Numbered from the stretch's first letter, positions 38,297 to 48,226 are shown. The stretch: DNA of 64,000 nucleotides from Candidatus Aenigmatarchaeota archaeon (GCA_021163005.1 JAGGXP010000020.1:164-64163), one strand, 5' to 3'. A program made the numbers and translations. Notes: generated by a model from the sequence alone, not told the origin.

Positions 38297-40399
38297 TCAA
38301 GCGCCGAGAGTCTTCATGGCGCCCTCTATCATGCCGCCGAAAGCCATGCTCGAGCCTATGGCCACGAGCACGTATATAATCATGGAAACCATGAGCATCT
38401 TTCCCGCAAGGTTCCACTGCATGGCCCTGTCGTCTCCGCGGTTGACCTTCGTGACGAACATGGCTATTATGATTATGACTTCTATCAGGTAGAATCCCAC
38501 TATTATCTGGAACATGGTGGACGATATGGAGGTGGAGGAGCCGAGAAGCTTGCCGGCGTCTATGGTGAAAGTTTCCTGGAATCCCATGTCATTCAGCCGG
38601 CCGCCGAGGAAGACCAGCACCTGTATTATGACCTGCGACATCGCGACGATGAGCCCCGTCACAAGGGGTGCCATTGCGTATGCCTGGAACTGCATGCTGC
38701 TCGTGGTCTCTGACAGCAGTCCCCTCATGTATTCCTGCGTCTCCCTGACGTTCTTGAGGTACCTCGACACCGTCAGCATGGACTGCGAAGCGAACTGCAC
38801 GCCCTTCTTTGCTGTATCCGTTATGGTGCGCATGACATTCTGTATCAGCCTGCTCGGATAGAACCTGAGGGCTCCGCTCTGCGGGTCCATAAGCGCCCGC
38901 TCGAATGTCATGTTGAAGTTCCGCATGTTTCTGAGGATTATCCCGAACATGCGCGATATCTCGAGGTCCTTTACATCCTCGTTTGCCTTTTCAATGGCGA
39001 TTTCCAGGGGCGTCCCGCCGGATATGCGGTTGCCCAGCTGGAACAGCGCCAACTCGAACTCCGATTCCATTTTGTATACAGAGTCCTCGACGCGCAGGCG
39101 CTGGTAGTTGGACATGATGAAGAATATGGAAAGGCCAACTGCTGTTCCCAGGATGGGCAGTATTGACATGAGCAGCGAGAAGAACGGGTCCGGGTCTTCG
39201 ATGCGCTCGTTAGAGATGACACCGTTCTCAACCTTCTGCGGAACTATCAGGTATTCGGGATGCTCTATGAAATACAGTATGCCGGGAAGGGCTATCAGCA
39301 GGCCGATTATCAGTGCTATTGGAAGAACCGGAAGGACTATTCTGCTGTTGCCCGTCTTCAGCATGAACGTTCCCTTCGGTGGCAGGTTCGGGTGCTTCGA
39401 AACGTCAACCTTCGAGAATGTCACCGGCCTCTTGCTCAGTATGTTGTTTATAAACCATATGAGCAGAAGCGGCAGGACTATGTTGTAGCCCACTATGAAA
39501 TGTATGGGGCTGACACTGTCAGCCATGAAGATAGCAGCCATCGGCGCCATTACAGACCCGAGTATCGGCAGCACTATGCCCATCATGTGTATTACAGTGA
39601 CAGGCATCTGGAGTTCCTGGGCATAGTGCTTCATCCTGTCCCTTGTGCCGTCAAGAACGACCCTCAGTGCTTCATCAAGCGTCTTTTCTGCCTTCTCCGG
39701 CACCTGCTTCTGGGACTCCATTATCAGCCGCAGGGCCTCTGAAAACTCCTCGTTCTCCGGCTTCCATTTATTGATATAGTCCATCATGGCCTCGTTGGCA
39801 GAGTAGTAGCGGCCCATCTGTATGTCCCACAGGAGTTTCCTTATGTCCCATGCGAGAACCCCTGATATGTTCGACGATGTGAACTTCAGAGCCCCTTCCA
39901 CATTTGGAGATATGCGCATGCTCACGACCATGTAGAGTATGGCCAGAACCACCTGCGAGCTTGCCTGTATTCTCATGGACTTCATGAGGCTCTTCGGATA
40001 GTTCATGAGGTAGTATCCGACTCCGAGGCCCAGCGCAGCTGCGAGCGCTATGCCGAAGACGTTCTTGAGCACACCAAAAGCAAACAGGAAGCCTGAAGCA
40101 AACGAAAAGAAGATGACAGAAAGCAGGAAAAGGGCAACAGGCGCGTTGGGTTTTATTCTCAGTCCCGTGAAGTCTATGGCTGCCTTGAGTTCCATGCTCG
40201 TCTTTTCGTCAAAGCTTATGTCCATCAGGCTTCCGGCGAACCTCGCGAGTACCTCATACCATGTCAGCTTTACATCTGTCCTTTTCCTGAATATCCTGTA
40301 GTCGCGCGATGTGACGTCTATGGTATGCTGCGAAGGAGAAACACCCGGAGCTGCGTAACGGGCACTCCTATGTTTGTTTTTATTGCCGAAGAGTCCCAT
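38297..40399 (-). CDS. FlaJ/TadC-like polytopic membrane platform protein (enlarged, 700 aa)
   Basis: Two T2SS-F-like TM bundles with large cytoplasmic domains. Confidence 0.7.
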   Translation of the reverse strand: MGLFGNKNKHRSARYAAPGVSPSQHTIDVTSRDYRIFRKRTDVKLTWYEVLARFAGSLMDISFDEKTSMELKAAIDFTGLRIKPNAPVALFLLSVIFFSFASGFLFAFGVLKNVFGIALAAALGLGVGYYLMNYPKSLMKSMRIQASSQVVLAILYMVVSMRISPNVEGALKFTSSNISGVLAWDIRKLLWDIQMGRYYSANEAMMDYINKWKPENEEFSEALRLIMESQKQVPEKAEKTLDEALRVVLDGTRDRMKHYAQELQMPVTVIHMMGIVLPILGSVMAPMAAIFMADSVSPIHFIVGYNIVLPLLLIWFINNILSKRPVTFSKVDVSKHPNLPPKGTFMLKTGNSRIVLPVLPIALIIGLLIALPGILYFIEHPEYLIVPQKVENGVISNERIEDPDPFFSLLMSILPILGTAVGLSIFFIMSNYQRLRVEDSVYKMESEFELALFQLGNRISGGTPLEIAIEKANEDVKDLEISRMFGIILRNMRNFNMTFERALMDPQSGALRFYPSRLIQNVMRTITDTAKKGVQFASQSMLTVSRYLKNVRETQEYMRGLLSETTSSMQFQAYAMAPLVTGLIVAMSQVIIQVLVFLGGRLNDMGFQETFTIDAGKLLGSSTSISSTMFQIIVGFYLIEVIIIIAMFVTKVNRGDDRAMQWNLAGKMLMVSMIIYVLVAIGSSMAFGGMIEGAMKTLGA

Positions 40400-40440
40400 G
40401 CTAATTATTTTGTTGCCGCTGCTTTAATTTGTTGAAAGAA

Positions 40441-42687
40441 TCAGCTAATGTTCTTTTTGAACCAGTGAAGCCAGTCATCGTAAACCCTCTTGGATTCGGC
40501 GCTGCCCACTTCCTTGACAGCTGCTTCAGAGAACATGTGGAACATCGAATTCGACTTGGTGACCCATCCCGCCTCGAGCAGTTCCGGCTTCTTCAGCTTT
40601 GTGCTCATGTCGACCATGGTCTTCTTTATCCGCGCCCTCAGGTTTATGTTGTCCCAGACTGCCTGCCAGTCGCCGTGCCAGTCGCTGACATAGCTGGCTA
40701 TCCTGTTTATGGTCTCTGACTCCCCGTTTACAAGCGTGTCGGTGGGCTTCAGCGCATCCTCTTTGGCCGAGTATTCGAAAAGGTTGACAAAGCCTCCCTC
40801 CTTGTCGGGATTCTTCTCCCACTTCTTTCTGATTTCGGTTATCTCTGTCATCCTTCTGTACCTGTGCAGGCCGTCGGCGGACCTGAGTGTCTTGCATATC
40901 GGGATTATATCAGTCGCCTTGAATGATGTCATGGGAACGCCAAGATCGTTCACGACCCTGTCGAAAACACCGTATGCGGACTCGCCGTGTATGGTACCCA
41001 TGACCACATTCGAAAGCGCACCTATTCGCATAGCCTCGTAAAGTGCCTTTGCCTCAGTGGACCTGACCTCTCCGAGTACAAGCGCTGAGTCTCCCAGCCT
41101 GAGTGCTGTCCTAAGCGCCTCGTCCGAGGCTACCTCTGTCTCCACCATGGTAAGAACTGATCTCGACTTCAGCCGTTCTATGTTATAGCCGAGTTCCCTC
41201 AGCTGCTCTGTGGGAAGCTCAAGTGTGTCCTCTATTGAAACTATGCGCGTCTTCGGCAGCATCTCCACCATGAAAGCCGCCAGCATGGATGTCTTGCCGG
41301 CGCCCCTGCCCCCGGCTATGAGCATGCTGGCTGTGCCGTCTATGAAGAACGAAATCACACCCGCGGCCAGCGGTGTCAGCGCCTTGTTCTTTATGAAAAG
41401 AGGCAGCGTCCACGGCTTGTCCCTGTGCCTCCTTATGGCGAAGCCGAGGCCGTGCGGCGACAGCGACCTTGTGATTATGCAGAACCTTGCCTTTCCGCCA
41501 GGCACTGTGATGTCAGTGTCCAGGACGGGATTTGCCTCATCCAGCGGCCTTCCAGACTGCATCCTCAGACGGGTTGCCCAGGCCTCTGCATCATCCTGTG
41601 TTGGTATGAGATTCGTCCGGCATTCCTCGAACTCTGAGTGGGTAATCATTATGGGCTGAGACTCCACAGGCGAGTTTATGTATATGTCCTGGACGTTCTC
41701 GTCAGCCAAAAGAAGCTCGAGGACGCCGAGTCCGGCGGTGTATCTCGTCAGTATCACGGCGAGCTGCTCAAGCTCGTCTTTCGAGAGATACACATGCTGG
41801 TGGTCAGCCACCTCGCGTATCATGTCGCGGCCTATGTTGTAGAACACGTCCCTTATTTTCCCTGTCCTGACGAACTCCTCGCTCTTCGGCTTGTGAGTGG
41901 CCATGTACCTTCTTGCAGCATCAAGGACAGCGTATTTGTCCTCGCTCAGGACGAACTCAGGGGGAAGCACGTAATAAAAGTATTCAGCCCTGTCAGGAAG
42001 CTTGAATATCTCCACCTCTATGTCGCCGACATTGTAGCGCTTCACAGACTTGCCGTTTTCCGGAGGGGTTATCATGTACCTCGTAAGCATGAAGTTCGGT
42101 CTGACACTCGGCACGAAAATGTCCCTGTAGAGCGACCTGTCGCCGGTGTGGTATCCTGCCAGCTGGGACTTGACCATGCCTATCATGCGCGTCTCTGCCA
42201 GACGCTTCATTATGACCCCGAGGACATTCTTTATGTAATCTGAGTACAGCACCCTGGCACTGGGATGCCTCGTCTCTTTCATGCGCACGCGAAGGCGCCT
42301 TATCTCCCTTACTATCTCGACATATGCTCCTATGGGATCCCTTCTCATCAGGTTGACGACTATATTCTGCAGACGGGCGTTGAGCTCGGGGTACAGCTTT
42401 CTCTGTATGTTGTCCCTGATTTTCAGCCTCGTCATGAGCCTTTCCCTGACTATGTCCTCTATGACCCTGGCTATTTCCACGAGCATCTCGGTCTGCTCGG
42501 GGCCGTACTCGTATTCCCTGTCCTTTGTGAGAATTATGGTTTTTACATTCTTGACCTCCAGAATCCTGTCAATCACGTCAGCCATGCACTCTGCAAAGTC
42601 CTCTATGCTGGCCCCATAAATCGAACCCAAGTAGTTTATCTTGAGCTTCTGCTCATCCTCGTCATAAGTATAGTTGCCTGAAGGCAT
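40441..42687 (-). CDS. FlaI/VirB11-family secretion ATPase with long N-terminal extension (748 aa)
   Basis: Walker A GGRGAGKTS followed by IVSIEDTLELP. The N-terminal ~250 aa is extra relative to typical FlaI. Confidence 0.8.
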   Translation of the reverse strand: MPSGNYTYDEDEQKLKINYLGSIYGASIEDFAECMADVIDRILEVKNVKTIILTKDREYEYGPEQTEMLVEIARVIEDIVRERLMTRLKIRDNIQRKLYPELNARLQNIVVNLMRRDPIGAYVEIVREIRRLRVRMKETRHPSARVLYSDYIKNVLGVIMKRLAETRMIGMVKSQLAGYHTGDRSLYRDIFVPSVRPNFMLTRYMITPPENGKSVKRYNVGDIEVEIFKLPDRAEYFYYVLPPEFVLSEDKYAVLDAARRYMATHKPKSEEFVRTGKIRDVFYNIGRDMIREVADHQHVYLSKDELEQLAVILTRYTAGLGVLELLLADENVQDIYINSPVESQPIMITHSEFEECRTNLIPTQDDAEAWATRLRMQSGRPLDEANPVLDTDITVPGGKARFCIITRSLSPHGLGFAIRRHRDKPWTLPLFIKNKALTPLAAGVISFFIDGTASMLIAGGRGAGKTSMLAAFMVEMLPKTRIVSIEDTLELPTEQLRELGYNIERLKSRSVLTMVETEVASDEALRTALRLGDSALVLGEVRSTEAKALYEAMRIGALSNVVMGTIHGESAYGVFDRVVNDLGVPMTSFKATDIIPICKTLRSADGLHRYRRMTEITEIRKKWEKNPDKEGGFVNLFEYSAKEDALKPTDTLVNGESETINRIASYVSDWHGDWQAVWDNINLRARIKKTMVDMSTKLKKPELLEAGWVTKSNSMFHMFSEAAVKEVGSAESKRVYDDWLHWFKKNIS

Positions 42688-42752
42688 TAAAACACCTTGA
42701 CTGCTATTTAAACAGCTGTGTACTATTTTATATTGTGGTGCTCTAAATAAAA

Positions 42753-43154
42753 ATGACCGGAGTGTTGCCTATGCCAGTTTTCGGTGAAGACCAAAAAAAG
42801 AAGGAAGGAGGCGCTGTTCCTGTTGTCAATGAGATAGTCGGCAGGGTCAATGACAACACGAAAAGGCTCCGCCTGCTCGAACAGAGGGAGAAGCTTCTTA
42901 CAAGCCGCATAAGCTCAATGGACGAGTCGTTCGCTTCGAGAATCGACGGCATCGACAATTCCCACAAGGACATGACCAGGAAGCTCGCAGACCTTGAAAG
43001 CAAGGTGACCACAATCAACAACACTCTCAAGGAAGCCCTGAAACAGCTCCAGTTCACGGCGAAGAAAAGCGAACTAATGAAGGTCGAGGAAACCATTAAA
43101 ATACTCGAGTCAGCGCTGCCCGCGCTCACCGGAGAGGAAAGCAGCGTCAAGTAA
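42753..43154 (+). CDS. coiled-coil protein
   Basis: 133 aa, heptad-rich. Diverges from the pilus operon. Confidence 0.5.
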   Translation: MTGVLPMPVFGEDQKKKEGGAVPVVNEIVGRVNDNTKRLRLLEQREKLLTSRISSMDESFASRIDGIDNSHKDMTRKLADLESKVTTINNTLKEALKQLQFTAKKSELMKVEETIKILESALPALTGEESSVK

Positions 43155-43201
43155 AACTTTAAGTAGGCGAAAACCAAAATATAAAAAGGCTGGTACTGAT
43201 T

Positions 43202-44170
43202 ATGCTGGGATTTGGGAAAAAGAAAAACAATCCGCCCCCGTCTGCTCAAGGCGCGGGAATGGCTATTCCGACACAGAAGGTGCTAGCTCTTTCATCCCAG
43301 GGATTCTCAGAGCCGGAAATCGTCAAAAAGCTCAGGGAGGAAGGCTTTTCCCCTCTTCAGGTAGACAGGGCCATGAAGGACGCTATGCGTTCCGGTGCCG
43401 CGGCAAAGCCGGCTCCAACACCTGCTCCCCCGCAGCCGCCTGCCCCCCGGCCGCCACAGCCTCAGGCAGCTCCGGATGCAATGTCAGGACCGCCGACGCC
43501 GGAAAGTTTTTTTGCTCCACCGCCTCAAAGAGCGGCATTCCCCGATGATGACCTTGATGACATAGACGACATTGACATAGACAAAATACCGGACAAGTCC
43601 AAGCTCGGCCCGAATGCCATGATGGCTGACATAGACAAAACCATTCCTGAACCTCTTGGCCAAGAGCCGGAGCCGCTTCCCTTCGCAAAGCCGCCGCTTC
43701 CGAAAGACAAGGAAGACAGGGAAAGGGCTCTGAGAGACAGGAAGCGCAGGGAAATAGAAGAGATGACAGAGGAGATAGTCGAGGAAAAGTGGAAGGATGT
43801 CATGAGCAGGATACAGGTTCTCGAGGAAAATGTTGAAAAGCTCTCAAATGATGTGAAACATTACAGCCATGGAGCAACATCTGAGGCCGCTGCCCCTGAA
43901 ATCAAAGGGCTAAAGGACGAAATCGCAAGGCAGAAGGAGAGCATCGACGAAACCAATGCCCGCATAGATTCGCTCGAAGAGGTTGTCAAGGGTTCGCTTG
44001 CTCCGATGATAGAATCAGTAAGGAAATTCAATAAGCTGTCAAAAACTCCTCCAGCATCTCCGAATCCTCCTGCTGCATCCGTACATAAGAATGCCCCGGA
44101 AGAAAAGCCAGAACCTGAAGAGCCACCGCGCTATGCACCGAAAGGCAAAGCCGGCGCTACTTCTAAATAA
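43202..44170 (+). CDS. proline-rich/acidic/coiled-coil protein
   Basis: PAPTPAPPQPPAPRPPQPQ tract, a DDDLDDIDDIDID acidic patch, and a C-terminal coiled coil. Confidence 0.5.
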   Translation: MLGFGKKKNNPPPSAQGAGMAIPTQKVLALSSQGFSEPEIVKKLREEGFSPLQVDRAMKDAMRSGAAAKPAPTPAPPQPPAPRPPQPQAAPDAMSGPPTPESFFAPPPQRAAFPDDDLDDIDDIDIDKIPDKSKLGPNAMMADIDKTIPEPLGQEPEPLPFAKPPLPKDKEDRERALRDRKRREIEEMTEEIVEEKWKDVMSRIQVLEENVEKLSNDVKHYSHGATSEAAAPEIKGLKDEIARQKESIDETNARIDSLEEVVKGSLAPMIESVRKFNKLSKTPPASPNPPAASVHKNAPEEKPEPEEPPRYAPKGKAGATSK

Positions 44171-44192
44171 GATAAAAAAAGTAAATGAAAAA

Positions 44193-44741
44193 TTACTCGC
44201 TAGGTTTTTCGCCGCCTGAGCTGCCACCAGTGTCACTGCCACCCACGAACCAGAAGATTATCGCGATTATCACAATCACGAATATCACGGTCCACAGGTC
44301 GCTGCCGGTAAGCCAGTACGGCAGGTATGCTGAGAACAGACCTCCCTGACCAAGAATGGCCATGAGCACAAGGTAAATTACAATAAGCACTACCAAGTAC
44401 TTTATCCAGTTGTTCTTCTTATCCCCGAAAAGGTCGTGAAGGTTAATTCCAAGCAATGCGAGCACCAGCACAAGCAACAGCACAACTGTTGCGAAACCGA
44501 GCCATACGCCTGACGTTGTGGTCAGGAATGTGTAAAGCCATGGGTTGTAGCTGGAGTACAGCATCACGAAGAACGAGAGGACGATTGCGATAAGTGTGTG
44601 CACCCTCTTGCCCCCAAGGCCCTCCTTGAAAACCCACTGAAGAAGTCCGTACAGAAGTGCGAACGACAGCAGGAACGGGAACAGATACTGGAAGAATTCC
44701 ATTCTCTGCATATTCTGAACCATTGTTTCGAATAGTCCCAT
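44193..44741 (-). CDS. small polytopic membrane protein
   Basis: Four to five TM helices and a Gly/Ser tail. Confidence 0.45.
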   Translation of the reverse strand: MGLFETMVQNMQRMEFFQYLFPFLLSFALLYGLLQWVFKEGLGGKRVHTLIAIVLSFFVMLYSSYNPWLYTFLTTTSGVWLGFATVVLLLVLVLALLGINLHDLFGDKKNNWIKYLVVLIVIYLVLMAILGQGGLFSAYLPYWLTGSDLWTVIFVIVIIAIIFWFVGGSDTGGSSGGEKPSE

Positions 44742-44789
44742 AACAGATTATTAGCCGGAAATACTTATAAACTTTTGGTGATTTGCACG

Positions 44790-45116
44790 CTACTTCCTGA
44801 AAATTGCCGATACATTTATGCCTGCCAGCTTAAGCACAACGACCACCAGCAGGAAGATAACAGCGACGGCGACAGCAAGAACTGAAAGGAAACTTGCGGA
44901 ATCGGCCGCATACGGAGCGAACGGAAAGTAGAGGAGAGCTGTGACAAGCGCGGAAATCAGCAGTGAAACGAGCTGCCTGTGCGTCTGCCTTGAAATCTTC
45001 TCTTTCAGAAAGGCGAGGAGCGCGTAGAAGAGCAGTATGAAAAGCAGGAAATATGCAAGCACTGTGAAAAAGCCGTGGGCGGAAAGAAATGACACTGCTA
45101 GGCTGAATATACCCAT
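44790..45116 (-). CDS. small membrane protein
   Basis: Three TM helices. Confidence 0.4.
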   Translation of the reverse strand: MGIFSLAVSFLSAHGFFTVLAYFLLFILLFYALLAFLKEKISRQTHRQLVSLLISALVTALLYFPFAPYAADSASFLSVLAVAVAVIFLLVVVVLKLAGINVSAIFRK

Positions 45117-45125
45117 ATACTCACT

Positions 45126-45566
45126 TCATCTTGGTTCAGACTTCATCCTGTATGCTGCGAACAGTATGGCCGCCACGAAAACGACGCCGACTATCCATAA
45201 CAGTTCATTGTACTGGTAAAGGCCGAAGCCGCCGTAGGAGTTCCCCAGTCCTGCCAGAAATATCATGATGAGCGCTATGATTATGATTATCATGGTGTTG
45301 TCCTTTTCATTGCCGCTGAGGGAGCGCTTTGCAAAGCCCACCATGAAAACCAGAAGGAATATTATGGCTGCATAAGGCAGCAGGCTGTTTATGGTCTGGA
45401 GTATGTAGTAGTTGGTTATAGCGAAAAACCCGAAAACAACTGAGACTATGGCTTTGAGGGCTTTGTTCCTGAATATGCCGGATGTCTCGAGTCCGCCGTA
45501 GACAACAGCTATAACAAGTGCAAACGGCAGGAGCATTTCCATTGTAAGAAAGTCTAACATCAACAT
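45126..45566 (-). CDS. small membrane protein
   Basis: Four TM helices. Confidence 0.4.
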   Translation of the reverse strand: MLMLDFLTMEMLLPFALVIAVVYGGLETSGIFRNKALKAIVSVVFGFFAITNYYILQTINSLLPYAAIIFLLVFMVGFAKRSLSGNEKDNTMIIIIIALIMIFLAGLGNSYGGFGLYQYNELLWIVGVVFVAAILFAAYRMKSEPR

Positions 45567-45575
45567 ATGCGCACC

Positions 45576-46301
45576 TCAGTCACTTGGAGCCTTGCTCTGT
45601 ATCTCCTGCAGCCTCTTTATGGCCTTGTCAATCTTTGATTCATACTGCTTGAATTTCCCGCCGTAAGTGAGACCACCGGGACCCTTCAGTATTGCTATGT
45701 AGTCCTTTCTCAGGGAATGCAGCCTTTCGAGCAGAGTTGCCGCCATCCGCCATGCCTGCGTGTCACCTCTCTTGACAGAACTTTCAACGACCTTCAGTTC
45801 GTTTAGGGACATATCTATCTCCTTTTCAAGGTTTTTGGTTTCCCCCCTGATATCCTTGCCGACTCTCGCCAGAATGCTTCCGCCAATACCGGCTCTGCCC
45901 AGTGATTCAGCTGTCCTTGCTCTGCCATCGCCACTGCCCCTGCTTCCTACAAAAGTATGCATGAGTATCCAGAAGAAACCCAGAAGTACGATGACATAAA
46001 GCCACAGCTTGCCCAGCATCATGAAAAAGCCGTACCAGCCCTGAAGTATGATGAACGCGAAGACAGCGACTGCTATGAGTATCCTGAATTTCGTGTTCTC
46101 CCTGAATGTTCCGAGCGCCGATGATATGATGTAGACAAACAGGAGTATGAAAAGTATGGGGAAGAAAACGGCATAGAATATGCCCTCCATGGGCTTGTAG
46201 GCGTACTGCTGGAACTGCTGCATGCATTGCGAGTTGTTGTAGCACAGGAACTGCTGGAGAAGCGTGAGGACATCGGCCATAATAAAATAATGGCCAAGCA
46301 A
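45576..46301 (-). CDS. membrane protein with C-terminal coiled-coil
   Basis: Three to four TM helices, then a soluble helical tail. Confidence 0.45.
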   Translation of the reverse strand: MLGHYFIMADVLTLLQQFLCYNNSQCMQQFQQYAYKPMEGIFYAVFFPILFILLFVYIISSALGTFRENTKFRILIAVAVFAFIILQGWYGFFMMLGKLWLYVIVLLGFFWILMHTFVGSRGSGDGRARTAESLGRAGIGGSILARVGKDIRGETKNLEKEIDMSLNELKVVESSVKRGDTQAWRMAATLLERLHSLRKDYIAILKGPGGLTYGGKFKQYESKIDKAIKRLQEIQSKAPSD

Positions 46302-46322
46302 AGTTTAATAAGTTTGGATGCG

Positions 46323-47309
46323 TCACATAGAAAGGCGGAGCTGTATGGGGTTCGGAATTCCGTCGTCTCTGTACCCCGCTATGCTCTCATTTGGACCGTG
46401 TGGAATGTAGTTTCCAAGAGTCATTTTTATGCTTCTTTTCGCCTCTCTTTTGTAAATGTCCTGTCCTGCCATTCCTCCGAGCACTTTTTCTGCTGCTTTG
46501 GCCGTGGTTGTGACAGCTGTGTAGTACAGGTCCATCTTGGTGTAGTATTTCATGAACTCGTTAGCAGACGGCTTCTCGTACCTGTATACATTATCACCCG
46601 AAGATGTCTGCCCTACAAGTGTCCTTTTGCCCCTTGCGCCTATGAACGCCAGTTCTCCTTTCATATAGGCAGGCTTAAGGCTGGTTATTTCAACAAAATC
46701 TTTTTTTAGCGAGTCTTCATCTGTAAGCTCTGCATAAACATTTGCCTGTTCAGCATTCCAGTCACTATAGTCGATAGCACCATTTACCACATTTTCGTGA
46801 TTCATTGCATATTCTCTTTCGTTTCCTGAAATTCCTTCTGCTGCCTGTATAATACTGTTAATTTGCATTGGTTCATCGTCTTTTTGTATTGCGAGAACAT
46901 ATTCATTTCCGCCGTGCTCAACTGTGTAAAAGGAATCTATGGTAGTGAGACCGTCCTTCAGGTGGTAAAGAGACCAGAAGTTCTGAACAACTCTCTTCGT
47001 TCCCGGTATGTCATTTTTGAATGCGGCTTTTCCGTATTTATGTTTCTCGGCACTTAATGACGTTTTCAAACCTGATTTAAGACCGTTATACAGGCTGGCT
47101 GGAATACTATCACCCTGCGCATCAGGAAATGCTGACACTATGGATTCGCCCATCTTGTTCAGAAGCATCTTCCCCATAGCTCTGAGCCTGCCTGACGGCT
47201 GTCTGTCTTTTATGCGCTCGTCATAGAGCACTGCCTCCCTGCTCCTGTTGCCGTAGAGCAGTTCTTCCCTGCTCGTGTGGCCGTAAAGATTGTTTCTTAT
47301 GTTTCCCAT
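46323..47309 (-). CDS. hypothetical protein
   Basis: 328 aa with no known motif. Last gene of a three-gene minus-strand operon. Confidence 0.45.
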   Translation of the reverse strand: MGNIRNNLYGHTSREELLYGNRSREAVLYDERIKDRQPSGRLRAMGKMLLNKMGESIVSAFPDAQGDSIPASLYNGLKSGLKTSLSAEKHKYGKAAFKNDIPGTKRVVQNFWSLYHLKDGLTTIDSFYTVEHGGNEYVLAIQKDDEPMQINSIIQAAEGISGNEREYAMNHENVVNGAIDYSDWNAEQANVYAELTDEDSLKKDFVEITSLKPAYMKGELAFIGARGKRTLVGQTSSGDNVYRYEKPSANEFMKYYTKMDLYYTAVTTTAKAAEKVLGGMAGQDIYKREAKRSIKMTLGNYIPHGPNESIAGYRDDGIPNPIQLRLSM

Positions 47310-47321
47310 GGTTACCGCCTT

Positions 47322-47507
47322 TTAGGAATTACTCTTAAGATTCTTTAACCTGATGTCCTCTGCCTCGAGCTGATAGAGCATGCTGTTTTCTTTGTCGTTG
47401 AATGGCTTCGTGCTGTCCGAAACGAGTGAGAGCAGCCTGTCCGGATCCTTCCAGTAGGAGCCGAGCTTGTAGTTTTTGGGTTTCATACTAAGCCGCCCTC
47501 CTGGCAT
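47322..47507 (-). CDS. small hypothetical protein
   Basis: 61 aa. Start overlaps the upstream gene. Confidence 0.3.
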   Translation of the reverse strand: MPGGRLSMKPKNYKLGSYWKDPDRLLSLVSDSTKPFNDKENSMLYQLEAEDIRLKNLKSNS

Positions 47508-48189
47508 TGTTCACAGCGAATGCCACAGCCGAATCGCCCTTGTTCAGGTAGGTCTTAAGCCTTCTCACTCCGGCCTCTTCAGCCTTTGCCTCATCCACTA
47601 TTCCACCCATGTAATGACCATCGTATTCGTGGCCATCCGTCACTATTGCCTCAACGAAGTCTCCGGCGTACTTCCTTGCCTTCTCTTTTGCGCCTTCCCA
47701 GTAGCTTTTGAGATACTTTCCTGCTTTTTCAGCCAGCGTCTCGTCTATGTATGTGCCCTCATCTTCTCCTTTCTCAACAGAAGCGCCGAACACGTATTTG
47801 CCTATCTTTCCTGTCACGTATTGGAGCCAGTTCTGCTTTGCTGGCTTTGACTTTATGTAGGGCTCAAGCGTCGTTCCGACGGTGTAATCAGTGTCAATTC
47901 CTGTGTCTGCCGGTGTGTAAAAGCCGCCAGGACCACTGTAAGAGAACGTCCTTGCCCTCGCGCCCCTTGTTGCGGCTGTCTTTATCATCTTCCCGCCTGC
48001 TTTGAGCACGCCTTCAATTAGAGAACCTGTCCTTGCCCTTGCAGGATTTATCTTATCAGAGAAAAGCTCATTCTCTGCCCTCACGAGGCTGTGAGGACCG
48101 AATGACATGTCAGCCACAGAGTTAGGCCTGACGCTGACATCTCCCCAGCTTCCCTTTCCTGCAGACTTGTTTCCTGTCATCATATTCAC
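47488..48189 (-). CDS. hypothetical protein
   Basis: 233 aa, Gly/Lys-rich. Confidence 0.45.
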   Translation of the reverse strand: MNMMTGNKSAGKGSWGDVSVRPNSVADMSFGPHSLVRAENELFSDKINPARARTGSLIEGVLKAGGKMIKTAATRGARARTFSYSGPGGFYTPADTGIDTDYTVGTTLEPYIKSKPAKQNWLQYVTGKIGKYVFGASVEKGEDEGTYIDETLAEKAGKYLKSYWEGAKEKARKYAGDFVEAIVTDGHEYDGHYMGGIVDEAKAEEAGVRRLKTYLNKGDSAVAFAVNNARRAA

Positions 48190-48226
48190 CTATAATTTTA
48201 TTTCCTGTATAGTAGTTAATTTTAGT

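Noticed and set aside
44193-44741. 182-aa membrane protein considered as the prepilin peptidase (PibD/FlaK) for the adjacent pilin-like proteins.
   Set aside because: It lacks the two conserved Asp-containing motifs (first cytoplasmic loop D and the GxGD-like motif) at appropriate positions. Only an ambiguous LFGD is present.
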